The notes under the pieces: generated by a model
Database searches by the model: none
What the model was told of the DNA's origin: nothing
The model's input: only the letters and a program-made list of their open reading frames with translations
Position numbers and translations under genes: made by a program
Origin: the human T2T-CHM13v2.0 reference genome, Homo sapiens
NCBI RefSeq assembly: GCF_009914755.1
Contig: NC_060933.1
Reading direction: 5' to 3' (one strand)
Length of the DNA: 64,000 bases
In this document: positions 53,941 through 64,000 of the stretch, piece after piece
How positions within the stretch are numbered: position 1 is the stretch's first letter
Layout of the letters: every line of letters begins with the position of its first letter

Positions 53941-55875
53941 TCGATGCCTTAGCCCTCCCAGAACATGACACGTTTCTCTGAATGTGGCTGATGTCCAGGG
54001 CCATCTGTAGATGTTTGCTGGGGACCTCTTGCTGTTTTCCTTTATGGTCTGTAGGCCAGGGCCAAGAGGAGAAACCAGCCTAATCTCAGAATGGACAAAA
54101 GGCTCACTGCCCTAACAGCAACCACCAAACAGTCAGCAGTGCTTCTGGATGGAAAAGAGGTTTCATTCTGCAGAAAGCTCCTTGTTTGGCTTCTTTCTGA
54201 AGCCAGGAAGGGGTACCAAACCCAGCTTACCTGCGATGCCTACGTTAGCATCTGTGCCTAGGATGCATGATGGGCTCCCACTGCAGGGTTGACATTCCCT
54301 CCAGCTGGAGACCTGGGCTCCTGACACCACCTGGCGTGTTTGTCCTGCTCTGGATGACGGTGGAAAGGCTGTATCTGGTATTTTCCTAGGTCCTTGGTTT
54401 TCACCTTCTAGACATCCAGCAGGAGTGACCATACCCAGCCCCACATCTGAAATGGGACTCCCTTGTAGAGCACCTGAGACCTCTACAGACAGAAGAGTGC
54501 TCTGGTGAGACAGGCCACAGAGGTCCCCGGGGGGGGGGGGGGGGGGGGGATCAGGGGCTGGAGGATTCTGGAGGTTTCCAGCCTTGGGCTCTGTGGTTCC
54601 TCAAAGAGTTTAGGTTTACCTAGGACTAGGCCTCCCCTCCCACGATTCAAAGAGTGGGTGAGTGCTATGCATCACGAACTCTGATCTGGACCTATTTTTT
54701 CATTTAGGTCACCAAGAGACAACCCCTAACCCCCAAGCTAGGGATGGTCCAAGCTCTGGCATGAGATTCTCTTCCAGCAATGTGATGCTTGCAGGGACAG
54801 GGAGAAAAGCCGGTGACCAGGCCTGCTGTCCCCCAGGTAAGGACAGTGTGCTACCCACCCTCTGAGAGGCAGGTGGTGCCAGGTCACTGCACTGGGTCCC
54901 TGTACCCCTGGCTCTGCAGACACCAGTCATGGAGGTCCTCCCCTCTCCACATTACCTTCTTGCTGCTCCCAGATTTCTTCTGGTCATTAAGCACTTTGAG
55001 CCATTTTTCTGTGCAGCCGATCTGATATTTTTGCTATCAGATGAAACATGACAAAGTAAGCCGAGCCACCAGGATTCCTGGAGGGAACCTTGGATGCTGC
55101 GTCTTGGGATCCAGAGCCCTGATGGGACTGAACCAGAAGGAGCCAGGGAAGGACAAACACTGGGGCTCAGGCCCTATGACCCAACCGCCATTGGTGGCCT
55201 GTCCTCATGGCCCCAAGACACCCTGTCCTCAGGCCACAGACACCATGGGCTTTGGTCAGGTCCCAGCCTCCCAGTAGTGCCCTGGCACTGGTGGGTGCTG
55301 ACCCCCAAACCACAATAGCAGTTCTGGGTTATGGGTTTGGTAAAACCACCTCAGGGAGAATTCTGGGGTTGGGTTTGGCAGGAACCACGGGGCCTCCCAG
55401 GAATGATGTGTCACTCCTACTTGCCACAAAATGTGCACAGAGGCTATCCCACTGACCAGCCCATCCTGCTGGACAGGATGGAGGAAATCAGGGAAAAGGC
55501 AGGGTGGACATCTGGGGTGCAGGGAGAGGCAGGTGCATGCTGGGAGGTCAGACCCTGCGAGGGCTGTGGGGGCATCAGGTGGGGTGGGCTCCAGGTGCAC
55601 CCTCAATGCACTGGGTGGGTCTCAGGCCAGGCTCCCTGGACCCTGGTTGGCTGATGTGGTCACTCCCTGGGGGACTGCTGTCAAGCCCTGGCCACCCACC
55701 CTGGGCAGCACCGTCCCATCCCAAGACCGGATTTTCTGAGTCCTGAGACAGGACAGTGCTGTCCAGGCCTGACAGACTGGGAGGACCTGCCAAGTCCTCC
55801 ATCCCTAGACCAGCCTCCCACACAGCAGGGACAGTCTCTTCCATTTACCTTCAGGGCACTGACTGATCCATGTCA
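53941..55875 (-). pseudogene. Unprocessed TBC1D3/TBC1D26/USP6-family pseudogene fragment, four exons (55875-55849, 55033-54956, 54482-54375, 54048-53941)
   Basis: QKYQIGCTEKWLKVLNDQKKSGSSKK; RSQVLYKGVPFQMWGWVWSLLLDV*KVKTKDLGKYQ (108 nt); TIKENSKRSPANI..LDISHI..KRVMFWEG*GIE; these parallel TBC1D3 ..KWVDMLGDWEKYKSSRK / ..YKGMPMNIRGPMWSVLL..NPGRYQ / IMKEKGKRS.. with matching exon boundaries. Confidence 0.85.
54529..54549 (+). repeat. G21 homopolymer
   Basis: Directly visible. Confidence 0.95.
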
Positions 55876-56432
55876 CTCTAAGGCAACCAAGGCAGAGCTG
55901 AGGACCTGTGCCAGGCTGGGAGCCAGTCCCCTCCCTAAATGGGCCTGAGGAAAGCACCATCCCTGTCCCAATGCGCCCCAAGTTTTAGCCCAGGAGACAC
56001 ATAGGGAAGGGAGGACGGAGCCTCTCTGCTGGCTGACACTTGAAAAGCGGGACCTGGGAGTAGAGGGAGCGCAGGGCTGGCAGGGATGCTCCAGGCCCAT
56101 GGAGAGCTTAGGCTGCACCAAGGGGCTGCCCCTCCTGGGCTGGAGGCTGTGCCCTCTGCAGGATCTGAGAAAGTCCAGTCCTGAGATGGGACAGTGCTGC
56201 CAAGGGTGGGTGGCTAGGCCTGACAGCAGTCCCCCAGGGAGTGACCACATCACCCGACCAGGGTCCAGAGAGCCTGGACCGAGACCTGCCCAGTGCACAC
56301 TGAGAGTGCACCTGGAGCCCACCCCACCTGACGCCCCCACAGCCCTCACAGGGTCCGACCTCCCAGCATGCACCTGCCTCTCCCTGCACCCCTACTGCCC
56401 ACCCTGCCTGTTCCCTGGCTTCCTCCATCCTG
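55472..56432. repeat. ~270 bp inverted repeat pair (55472-55745 / 56160-56432)
   Basis: GGTGCAGGGAGAGGCAGGTGCATGCTGGGAGGTC vs GACCTCCCAGCATGCACCTGCCTCTCCCTGCACC; mirrored ORFs in the track. Confidence 0.92.
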
Positions 56433-56619
56433 TGCAGCCCATAGACTGTTACCATCTCTCTAGCCACTCTGGCCCTTCCTTTACCTTTGTTCTTTCAGAA
56501 TCTCTGAGCAAGATCTCCCAGGTCCATCCAAACACCTGCTTTGTCCACTTTTGACTGGGCCATTGGACACCACTGGGCCATCCCAGCTGTCCATAGGGCC
56601 CCTGATAACATGCATTTCC

Positions 56620-57725
56620 CCTGACACCTCCCAGCAGTGCTCAGCAGCCCCACTGACCAGGTCCCTGCTGACCAGATCCCGCACATCAGGTCCTCCCTGA
56701 CCACACTCTCACTGATTAGGCCCCCATCACCAGGCCCCACTAACTAGATTCCCGCTGCCAGGCCCACAGTGTCCAGGACCCCACTGACAAGGACCTCACT
56801 GACAAGGCCTCACTGACCAGGGCCTCACTGACAAGACCTCCCTGGCAAGGCCTCACTGACCAGGGCCTCACTGACAAGACCTCCCTGACAAGGCCTCACT
56901 GACCAGGGCCTCACTGACAAGACCTCACTGACAAGGCCTCACTGACCAGGGCCTCACTGACAAGACCTCCCTGGCAAGGCCTCACTGACCAGGGCCTCAC
57001 TGACAAGACCTCCCTGGCAAGGCCTCACTGACCAGGGCCTTACTGACAAGGCCTCCCTGACCACATTCCACCAATCATGACCCCATTGCCTGGCCCCACA
57101 GATGAAGCCCCACTGACCAGGTCTCCAGGGAACAGGCTGCCAGTGACCAGGTCCCTACTAACCAGGCCTGCGGTGACCAGATGCCCCGACCAGGAACCTA
57201 GTGACTAGGCACCACTGAACAGGCATGTACCGCTCAGACCCCCGTTGACCAGGTCACCCCATAGACCAGTGCTACAAAAGCCACCACTGATCAAGTCCTC
57301 TCTGACCAGGCCCCCACTGATTAGGTTCCACTGACCTGACCAGGCTGCCATGACCAGGGTCCCACTGACAAGGGCCTCACTGATGAGGACATGCCCTGCT
57401 GACTAGGTGCCATGTGACCAGGCCTCCACTGAATAGCACCCCTTGACCGGGTCACCAGTGACCCAGCCCATTCTGACAAGGCTACCACTAAGCCACAGCT
57501 GACCAGGTCTCCACTCACCAAGCCCTGCAGCCCAGGTTTGCACTGACCAGACACCAAACATTTGTCTGCCACTAGGTCCCCACTCACCAAGACCTGCACT
57601 ACTCGATCCCTCTAATGAGACCCTCTCTAAGCAGACCCTGGCTGACCATTCCCCCAGTAAATAGGCCTCACTGACCAAGTCCCAACTGACTAGTTCACTG
57701 ACCAGGCCCACACTGACCAGGCCCT
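56620..57725. repeat. Minisatellite, ~14-16 bp unit CACTGAC(C/A)AGG(G)CC(T/C), with homogeneous 43 bp higher-order core ~56782-57064
   Basis: Core CACTGACCAGGGCCT-CACTGACAAGACCT-C(C/A)CTG(G/A)CAAGGCCT repeated about 6 times. Confidence 0.93.
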
Positions 57726-60700
57726 TCCTAATCATACCAGAAGGCCAAGTGGCAATGAGATGTTTCATATGGCAGGGGTAGGAGCAAGACAGAGAGAGGA
57801 AAGAGGTACCACACCCTGTTAGACAACCAGATCACATGAGGTCTCACTATCAGGAGATCAGCATCAAGAAGATCCTGCACCCACACCACCGCCCACTGTT
57901 TCCAGGCAGAAGCCTCCTGCAGAGGCCAAGCCTCTTGAGAAACTTCCACTATGGCAGTGCAGAAGGAAAATATGGGCTTGGAGCCCCCAAAAAGGAGGCC
58001 ACCATCCTCCAGATCCCGGATTCATAGGCCCACCAACAGCTCACACCCTCAGTATGGAAAAGCTACAGGCACTCAACACCAGCCCAGCCCATGAGAGCAG
58101 CCATGGGGCTAAAGCCTGCAAAGCCACAGGTGCACTGCCCTAGTAGAGGTTTTCCATGAGCCTCTGCCTCTGCAGAAGGCTACTCCCCCTTCCTACTACC
58201 CCCCATCCTCCTACCACCCTACTGACAACCTACTCCTCCCCACCCTACCCCTCCTTTTCCTACCACCCCGAACCCCCTCCCATTCAAGATTAAATCGCCT
58301 ACCACCAGGCCCCAAAATTAAGGATTACAATTCCATATGAGTTTTATATGGACACACAGTCAATCCATATTATTTGACCCAGATACCCCAGAACCTCATG
58401 TCCTTCTCACACAGCAAAACACAGTCATGCATGTTCAAAAGTTTCCAAAATTCTTAACTCATTCCAAATATAAAAAATTCAAAGTCTCATCTGAGACAAG
58501 GCTACAGTCCCTTCGGCCTATGAGTCCCTGAGTTCAAAAGGCATTTCTTTTCTTTCAAGATACAATGATAGTACAAGCATTAAGGTAGGTTTCTCAATCC
58601 AAAGGGAAGAAATTCCCCAGAAAAATGACAAAAATGTCAGTCCAAACCCCAGCAGGACAATATTCACTCAATCTTTAAGCTCCATAATCATCAAGAGAAC
58701 TCACTATCACACAGACAGTATTAAGGAGATAGTGTTTCACCAGTTGTGAAGAATCCGTCCCCCCTCATTTTTCACCCCCACCCACAAAATAATCTCTCCT
58801 ATCCTCCCCACTCCCCCACCTCCAACCCCCACTCTTCTCCATGATTAAATCATCTCCCACCAGGCCCCACCTTTAACATTCCCCATTACAATTTCACGAG
58901 AGTATCGCTAGTGACACAGGGCCAAATCATATTATTCTCACCCAGGTCCCCCCACATCTCATATCGTTGTCACACTGCAAAATACAATGATGCCTTCTCT
59001 ACAGTCCCCCAAAGTCTTCACTCATTCCAGCATTTACTGAAATGTCCAAAGCCCAGTCTCATCTGAGACAACGCTGCCATCCCTTCTGCTCGAGCCTCTG
59101 AAATACAAAGCAAGTTAACTACTTCCAAGGTACAATGATTGTAGAGACATTGGGTAAGCATTCCCAGCCAAAAGGAAGAAATTTGTCAGAGGGAAGCACA
59201 AAACACAGATGGGACTTGCAGACCCCATGCAAGTCAAAAACCCAGCAGGAAAGTCATTCCATCCTACAGCTCCAAATCATCTTTCCTGAAAGGATCTACA
59301 TCCCACATCTAGAGCACAAGAGTGGATGGCGGGGCTCCCAAGGCCTTGGGCAGCTCAGCTTCTGTGGCTGTGCAGGGTCTTTCCCCACAGCTGCCCTCGT
59401 GGGCTGGGCTGGTGGTCAGTGCCTGTGGCTTTCCCACACTGAGGGTGCAAGCAGTTGGTGGGTCTATGAATCTGGGGTCTGGAAAATGGTTCCTCCCTGT
59501 ATGGGGGCATCAACCCTGTATGTTCCTTCTGCACTGCCCTAGTAAAGGTTTCCCATGAGGCTCTGCCTCTTGGAAAAGCTTCTGCCCAGCTGGACACTGA
59601 GGTTTTTCCTTACATACTCTTGAGTCTAGACAAAGGCTCCCAAGCCTGTGCACCTGCTGGCTTAACACTATGTAGAAGCCACCAAGGCTTGCAGCTTGCA
59701 CCCTCTGAAGCAGTGACCCAAGCTGTACCTGTGCATCTTTCAGCCATGGCTGGAGCTGGAGCTGGAGCTGCAGGGATGCAGGCGGCACTGTCCTGAGGAT
59801 GGACACAGCAGCGCGACCATGGGACTGACCCAGGAAACCATTCTTTGGTCCTAGAACTCAGGGCCTTTGACAGCAAGCTCTGCTGCAAAGGTCTCTGAAA
59901 TGCCTTCAAGGCCTTTTTAACATTGTCTTAGCTATTAGCACTGGGCTCCATTTTATGCACATTTCTGAAGCCTTCTTGAATTTTCCCACTGAAAATCAGC
60001 TTTTCTTTTTGACCTCTTGGGCAGGCTGCAAATCAAACTTCAAAGCTCTGCTTCTCATTTAAATATAAGTTTCAACTTGAGGTCATTTATTTGGTCACAC
60101 AGAACACCACAGGCTGTTCAATACAGACAAGATACCTCTTGAGCTTTGCTGCCTAGAAGTTCATTTCACCAGATATACCCTAAATCATCACCCTCAAGTT
60201 CAAAGTTTCACAGGTCACCAGGGCAGGGGCACCATCCAGCCAAGTTCTTTGCTAAGGCAAAAGAAAAGTTACCTTGGCTTCTGCTCCCAGTAAGTTGTTC
60301 ATTTTCATCTGAGACCTTCTAAGCCTGGCCTTCACTATCCATCCTTCAGTCACCCTTTTAATTATAACTATTTAACACGTCTCTACAATAGTCAAAACTT
60401 TCATTCATCTTTCTGTCTTCTTCCAAGCCCTCCAAACTGTGCAGCCTGCGGTCGTTACCCAGCTTCTGAACCTGCTTCTGAACTTGCTTCTACACTTTCA
60501 GCTATCGTTGTGACAGCCTGGCAGTGTGGTAAAAGAAAAAAAGTCCATTTTCAGGGGGAAAATTCAAGAAGGCTTCAGATATTTGCATATAAAAGAAGCC
60601 AAATGTTAATAGTAAAAAATCAGGAAAAAAACCTTGAGGGCATTTCATAGCTCCACTCTACAGTACAAATTTTCTGTAGTATTATTTTAAAAAGAGGTTT

Positions 60701-63700
60701 AATTGGCTCACGGTTCTGCAGGCTGTAAAGGGAACATAGTGGCTTCTGCTTCTGGGAGGACTCAGGAAGTCTCCTACCATACCAGAAGGCCAAGCGACAA
60801 TGAGATGTTCCATATGGCAGGTGTAGGAGGAAGACAGAGAGAGGAAAGAGGTGCCACACTTGTTATACAACCAGATCTCATGAGAACTCAGTATCAGGAG
60901 ATCAGCATCAAGAAGATTAACCATTGGTGAAGGATCCACCCACACCACCCCCCACTGTTTCCACGTAGAAGCCTCCTGCAGAGGCAGAGCCTCTTGGAGA
61001 ACCTCTACCAGGGCAGTGCAGAAGGAAAATGTAGGCTTGGAGCCCACATACAGGAGGCCACCATCCTCCAGACTGCAGATTCATAGACCCACCAACAGCT
61101 TGCACTCTCAGAGCAGAAAAGCTACAGGCACTCCACACGAGCCCAGCCCATGACAGCAGCCATGGGGGCTACACTCTGCAAAGACACAGGTGCCCTGCCC
61201 TAGTAGAGACTTTCCATGAGCCTCTGCTTCTGAAGCAGGTTACTCCCCCCTCCTAGTACCCACCACCCTACTAACAACCTACTCCTCACCCTACCCACCC
61301 CTTTCCTTCCATCCCCGGTCCCCCTCCCATCCATGATTAAATCACCTCCAGCCAGGTCCCACCTCCAACATTAAGGATTACAATTCACATGAGTTTTGGT
61401 AAAGAAACACAGCCAAATCATATTATTCTGACCTGATACCCTGCAGTCTCTTGTCCTTCTCACAGAGCAAAATATATTCATGCCTTTTCAAAATTTTCCA
61501 AAAGTCTTAACTCATTCCAACAATAACTCAAATGTAAAAAATTCAACATCTCATCTGAGACAAGTCTACAGTACCTTTTGCCTATGAGTCCCTGAATTTA
61601 AAAGGATGTTCTTTCTTTCAAGGTACAATAATGGTACAGGCATTGGGTAAGCTTTTTCAATCCAAAGGGCAGAAATTTCCCAGGAAAATAACACAAATGG
61701 GACCACAGGCCCAATGCAAGTCCAAAACCCAGGAGGCCAGTATCCATTTAATCTTACAGTTCTAAAATCATGAAAAGAACTCACCGTCACAAGGACAGCA
61801 ATAAGGAGATAGTGTTTAATGATTTGTGAAGGATCTGACCCCCCACCCCAATTTTCACCCCTCACCCCCACCATAATTCCCCCATTTTCCCTACACCCCC
61901 ATCTTCCAACCCCCACTCTGCACCGTGATTAAATCATCTTCCACCAGGCCCCACCTTTAACATTCCAATTACAATTCCACATGAGTTTTGGTAGGGACAC
62001 AGAGCTGAATTTTATTATTCTTTCCCTCACTCCCCAAATCTCATGTCCTTCTCACATTGCAAAATACAATGATGCCTTCCCTAAAGTCCCATAAAATCTT
62101 ATATCATTCCAGCATTTATACAAATGTCCAAAGCCTAAAGTCTCATCTGACACAAGGCTACAGTCCCTTAGGCCCATGAGCCTCTGAAATATAAAGCAAG
62201 CTAACTACTTCCAAGGTACAATGCTTGTACAGGCATTGGGTAAGCATTCCCAGCCAAAAGGAAGAATTTTGCCAGAAAAAAAAACAAAACACAGATAGGA
62301 CTTACTGGCCCCATGAAACTCCAAACCCAGAAGGCCAGTCATTCAATCCTACAGCTCCAAAATCACCCTTTTTGAAACCCTGTCCCACATCCAGGACACA
62401 GGGGTGTGAGGGCTGGGCTCCCAAGGCCTCGGGCAGCTTGGCACCTGTGGCTTTGCAGGGTATATGCCCCAAGGGTGCCCTCATGGGCTGGGCTGGTGAT
62501 GAGTGCCTGTGACTTTTCCACATTGAGGAAACAAGTTTTGGGGGGGCGGTCTATGAATCTGGGGTCTGCATGATGGTGGTCTCCAGTGTGGGAGTTCCAA
62601 CCCCATATTTTCCTTCTGCACTGCCCTAGTAGAAGTTTCATATAAGGCTCTGCCTTTTTGGGATGTTTTGCCTGGACACCCAGGAATTTCCATACATCTT
62701 CCAAAATCTATAGAGAGGCTCCCAAGCCTCTAGTCTCACACTCCGTCCACCAGTGGCTTAACACTATGAGGATGTTACCAAGGTTTCTAGCCTGCATCCT
62801 CTGAAGCAGTGACCTGAGCTGTACCTGTGCATCTTTCAGCCATGGCTGGAGCTTGAGCTGCAGGGATGCAGGCAGCAGTGTTCTGAGGCTGCACATAGAG
62901 GAGGCTCATGGAACTGGCCAAGGAAACCATGCTTCTCTCCTAGGCCCCAGGGCCCACAATAGCAAGGGCTGCTGCAAAGGTCTCTGAAATGCCTTCAAGG
63001 CCTTTTTCCCTATTATCTTGTCTATTAGCACCGGGCTCCTTTTCATGCAAGTTTCTGAAGCCTTCCTCAATTTTCCCCCTGAAAATCAGCTTTTCTTTTT
63101 GACCACTTGGCCAGGCTCCAAATTTTCCTAAATTTGAGTTCTGAGAGACGGGACTCATTTAATGTAAGTCCCATCCAGAGGTTATTTCCTCCATCACACA
63201 TAAGAGCACAGGCTGTTCCATGGGGACAGGACACCTCTTGAGATTTGCTGCCCAGTTCATTCCACCAGATACTCAGTAAGTCATCACCCTCAAGTTCAGT
63301 TTCACAGATCTCCAGGGCAGGGTCACCGTGCAGCCACATTCTTTGTTAAGGCAAAACAAAAGTCACTTTGGCTTCTGTTCCCAGTAAGTTCCTCATTTTC
63401 ATTTGAGAACTTCTAAGTCTGGCTTTCACTCACCATTTTCCTGTGAGCCTTCTGGTCACAAGTATGTAACAATTCTTTACAAAGATCCAAACTTTCCCTC
63501 AACTTCTTGTCTGCAAAGCCCTCCAAACTCTCTGAACTCTGTCTGCTACCCCCTTCTGAACCTGCTTCTACATTATCAGCTATCTTTGCTGCAGCCTGAC
63601 AATGTAGTAAGGGAAGACAAGTCCATTTTCAGGGGGAAAATTCAAGAAGGGTTCAGAGACTTGAATGAAAAGAAGCTGAGTGCTCACTACCAAGACAATA

Positions 63701-64000
63701 GGGAAAAGGCCTTGAAGACATTTAATAGACCCACTTTGCAGTACTAATTTTCTCTATGATCATAAAGAAGAGGTTTACTTGGCTCATGATTCTGCAGGCT
63801 ATAAGGAAGTATAGTGGCTTCTACATCTAAGAGGAATCAGGAAGCCTCCCAGTCATACCAGAATGTCAAGGGGCAATGAGATGATTCATGTGGCAGGAGG
63901 AGGAGCAAGACAGGGAGAGGAGAGAGGTCCTACACCCTATTATACAACCAGATCTCATGAGAACTCACTATCACAAGGTCAGCATCACAAAGATGGTGCT
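57726..64000 (-). repeat. Tandem array of rearranged MaLR (MST/THE1 LTR plus internal) units, period ~3.05 kb; two units plus start of a third
   Basis: CATACCAGAA..CAATGAGATG..TGGCAGG..CAACCAGATC recurs at ~57733, ~60778 and ~63854 with colinear intervening sequence. Confidence 0.9.

Noticed and set aside
56485-56560. Possible additional upstream TBC exon ending AAAG|GTAAAG
   Set aside because: Donor-like site, but I could not align the translation to TBC1D3-family N-termini.
56782-57064. CRISPR-like regular repeats
   Set aside because: No unique spacers and no cas genes; eukaryotic minisatellite.

Overview
Primate (human-like) genomic DNA, rich in Alu, L1, MaLR and HERV-K repeats, with no intact protein-coding gene that I can support. 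It looks like a pericentromeric segmental-duplication mosaic; from memory, similar CNN2P/GXYLT1P/ZNF114P/CYP4F-P clusters occur on several human chromosomes, so I cannot name the locus. Left to right: an old L1 with a twin-priming-type 5' inversion (1-4155); TE-rich DNA; a ~3.3 kb inverted duplication (17275-20579 / 32668-36010) carrying part of a CNN2 retrocopy; a TE-poor block with decayed minus-strand exon-like segments, one bearing an RGS-domain signature (~21.2-25.9 kb); a GXYLT1 processed pseudogene (-) head-to-head with a full CNN2 processed pseudogene (+); a HERV-K LTR5 solo LTR; a ZNF114-like fragment; minus-strand TBC1D3/TBC1D26-family exons followed directly by CYP4F exons in compatible splice phase (a candidate fossil chimeric gene); a 14-15 bp minisatellite with a 43 bp higher-order core; and the start of a ~3.05 kb-period tandem array of rearranged MaLR sequence. 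Gene and repeat names come from my recall of reference sequences, not a database search. Many ORF-track starts are TTG/GTG/CTG rather than ATG.
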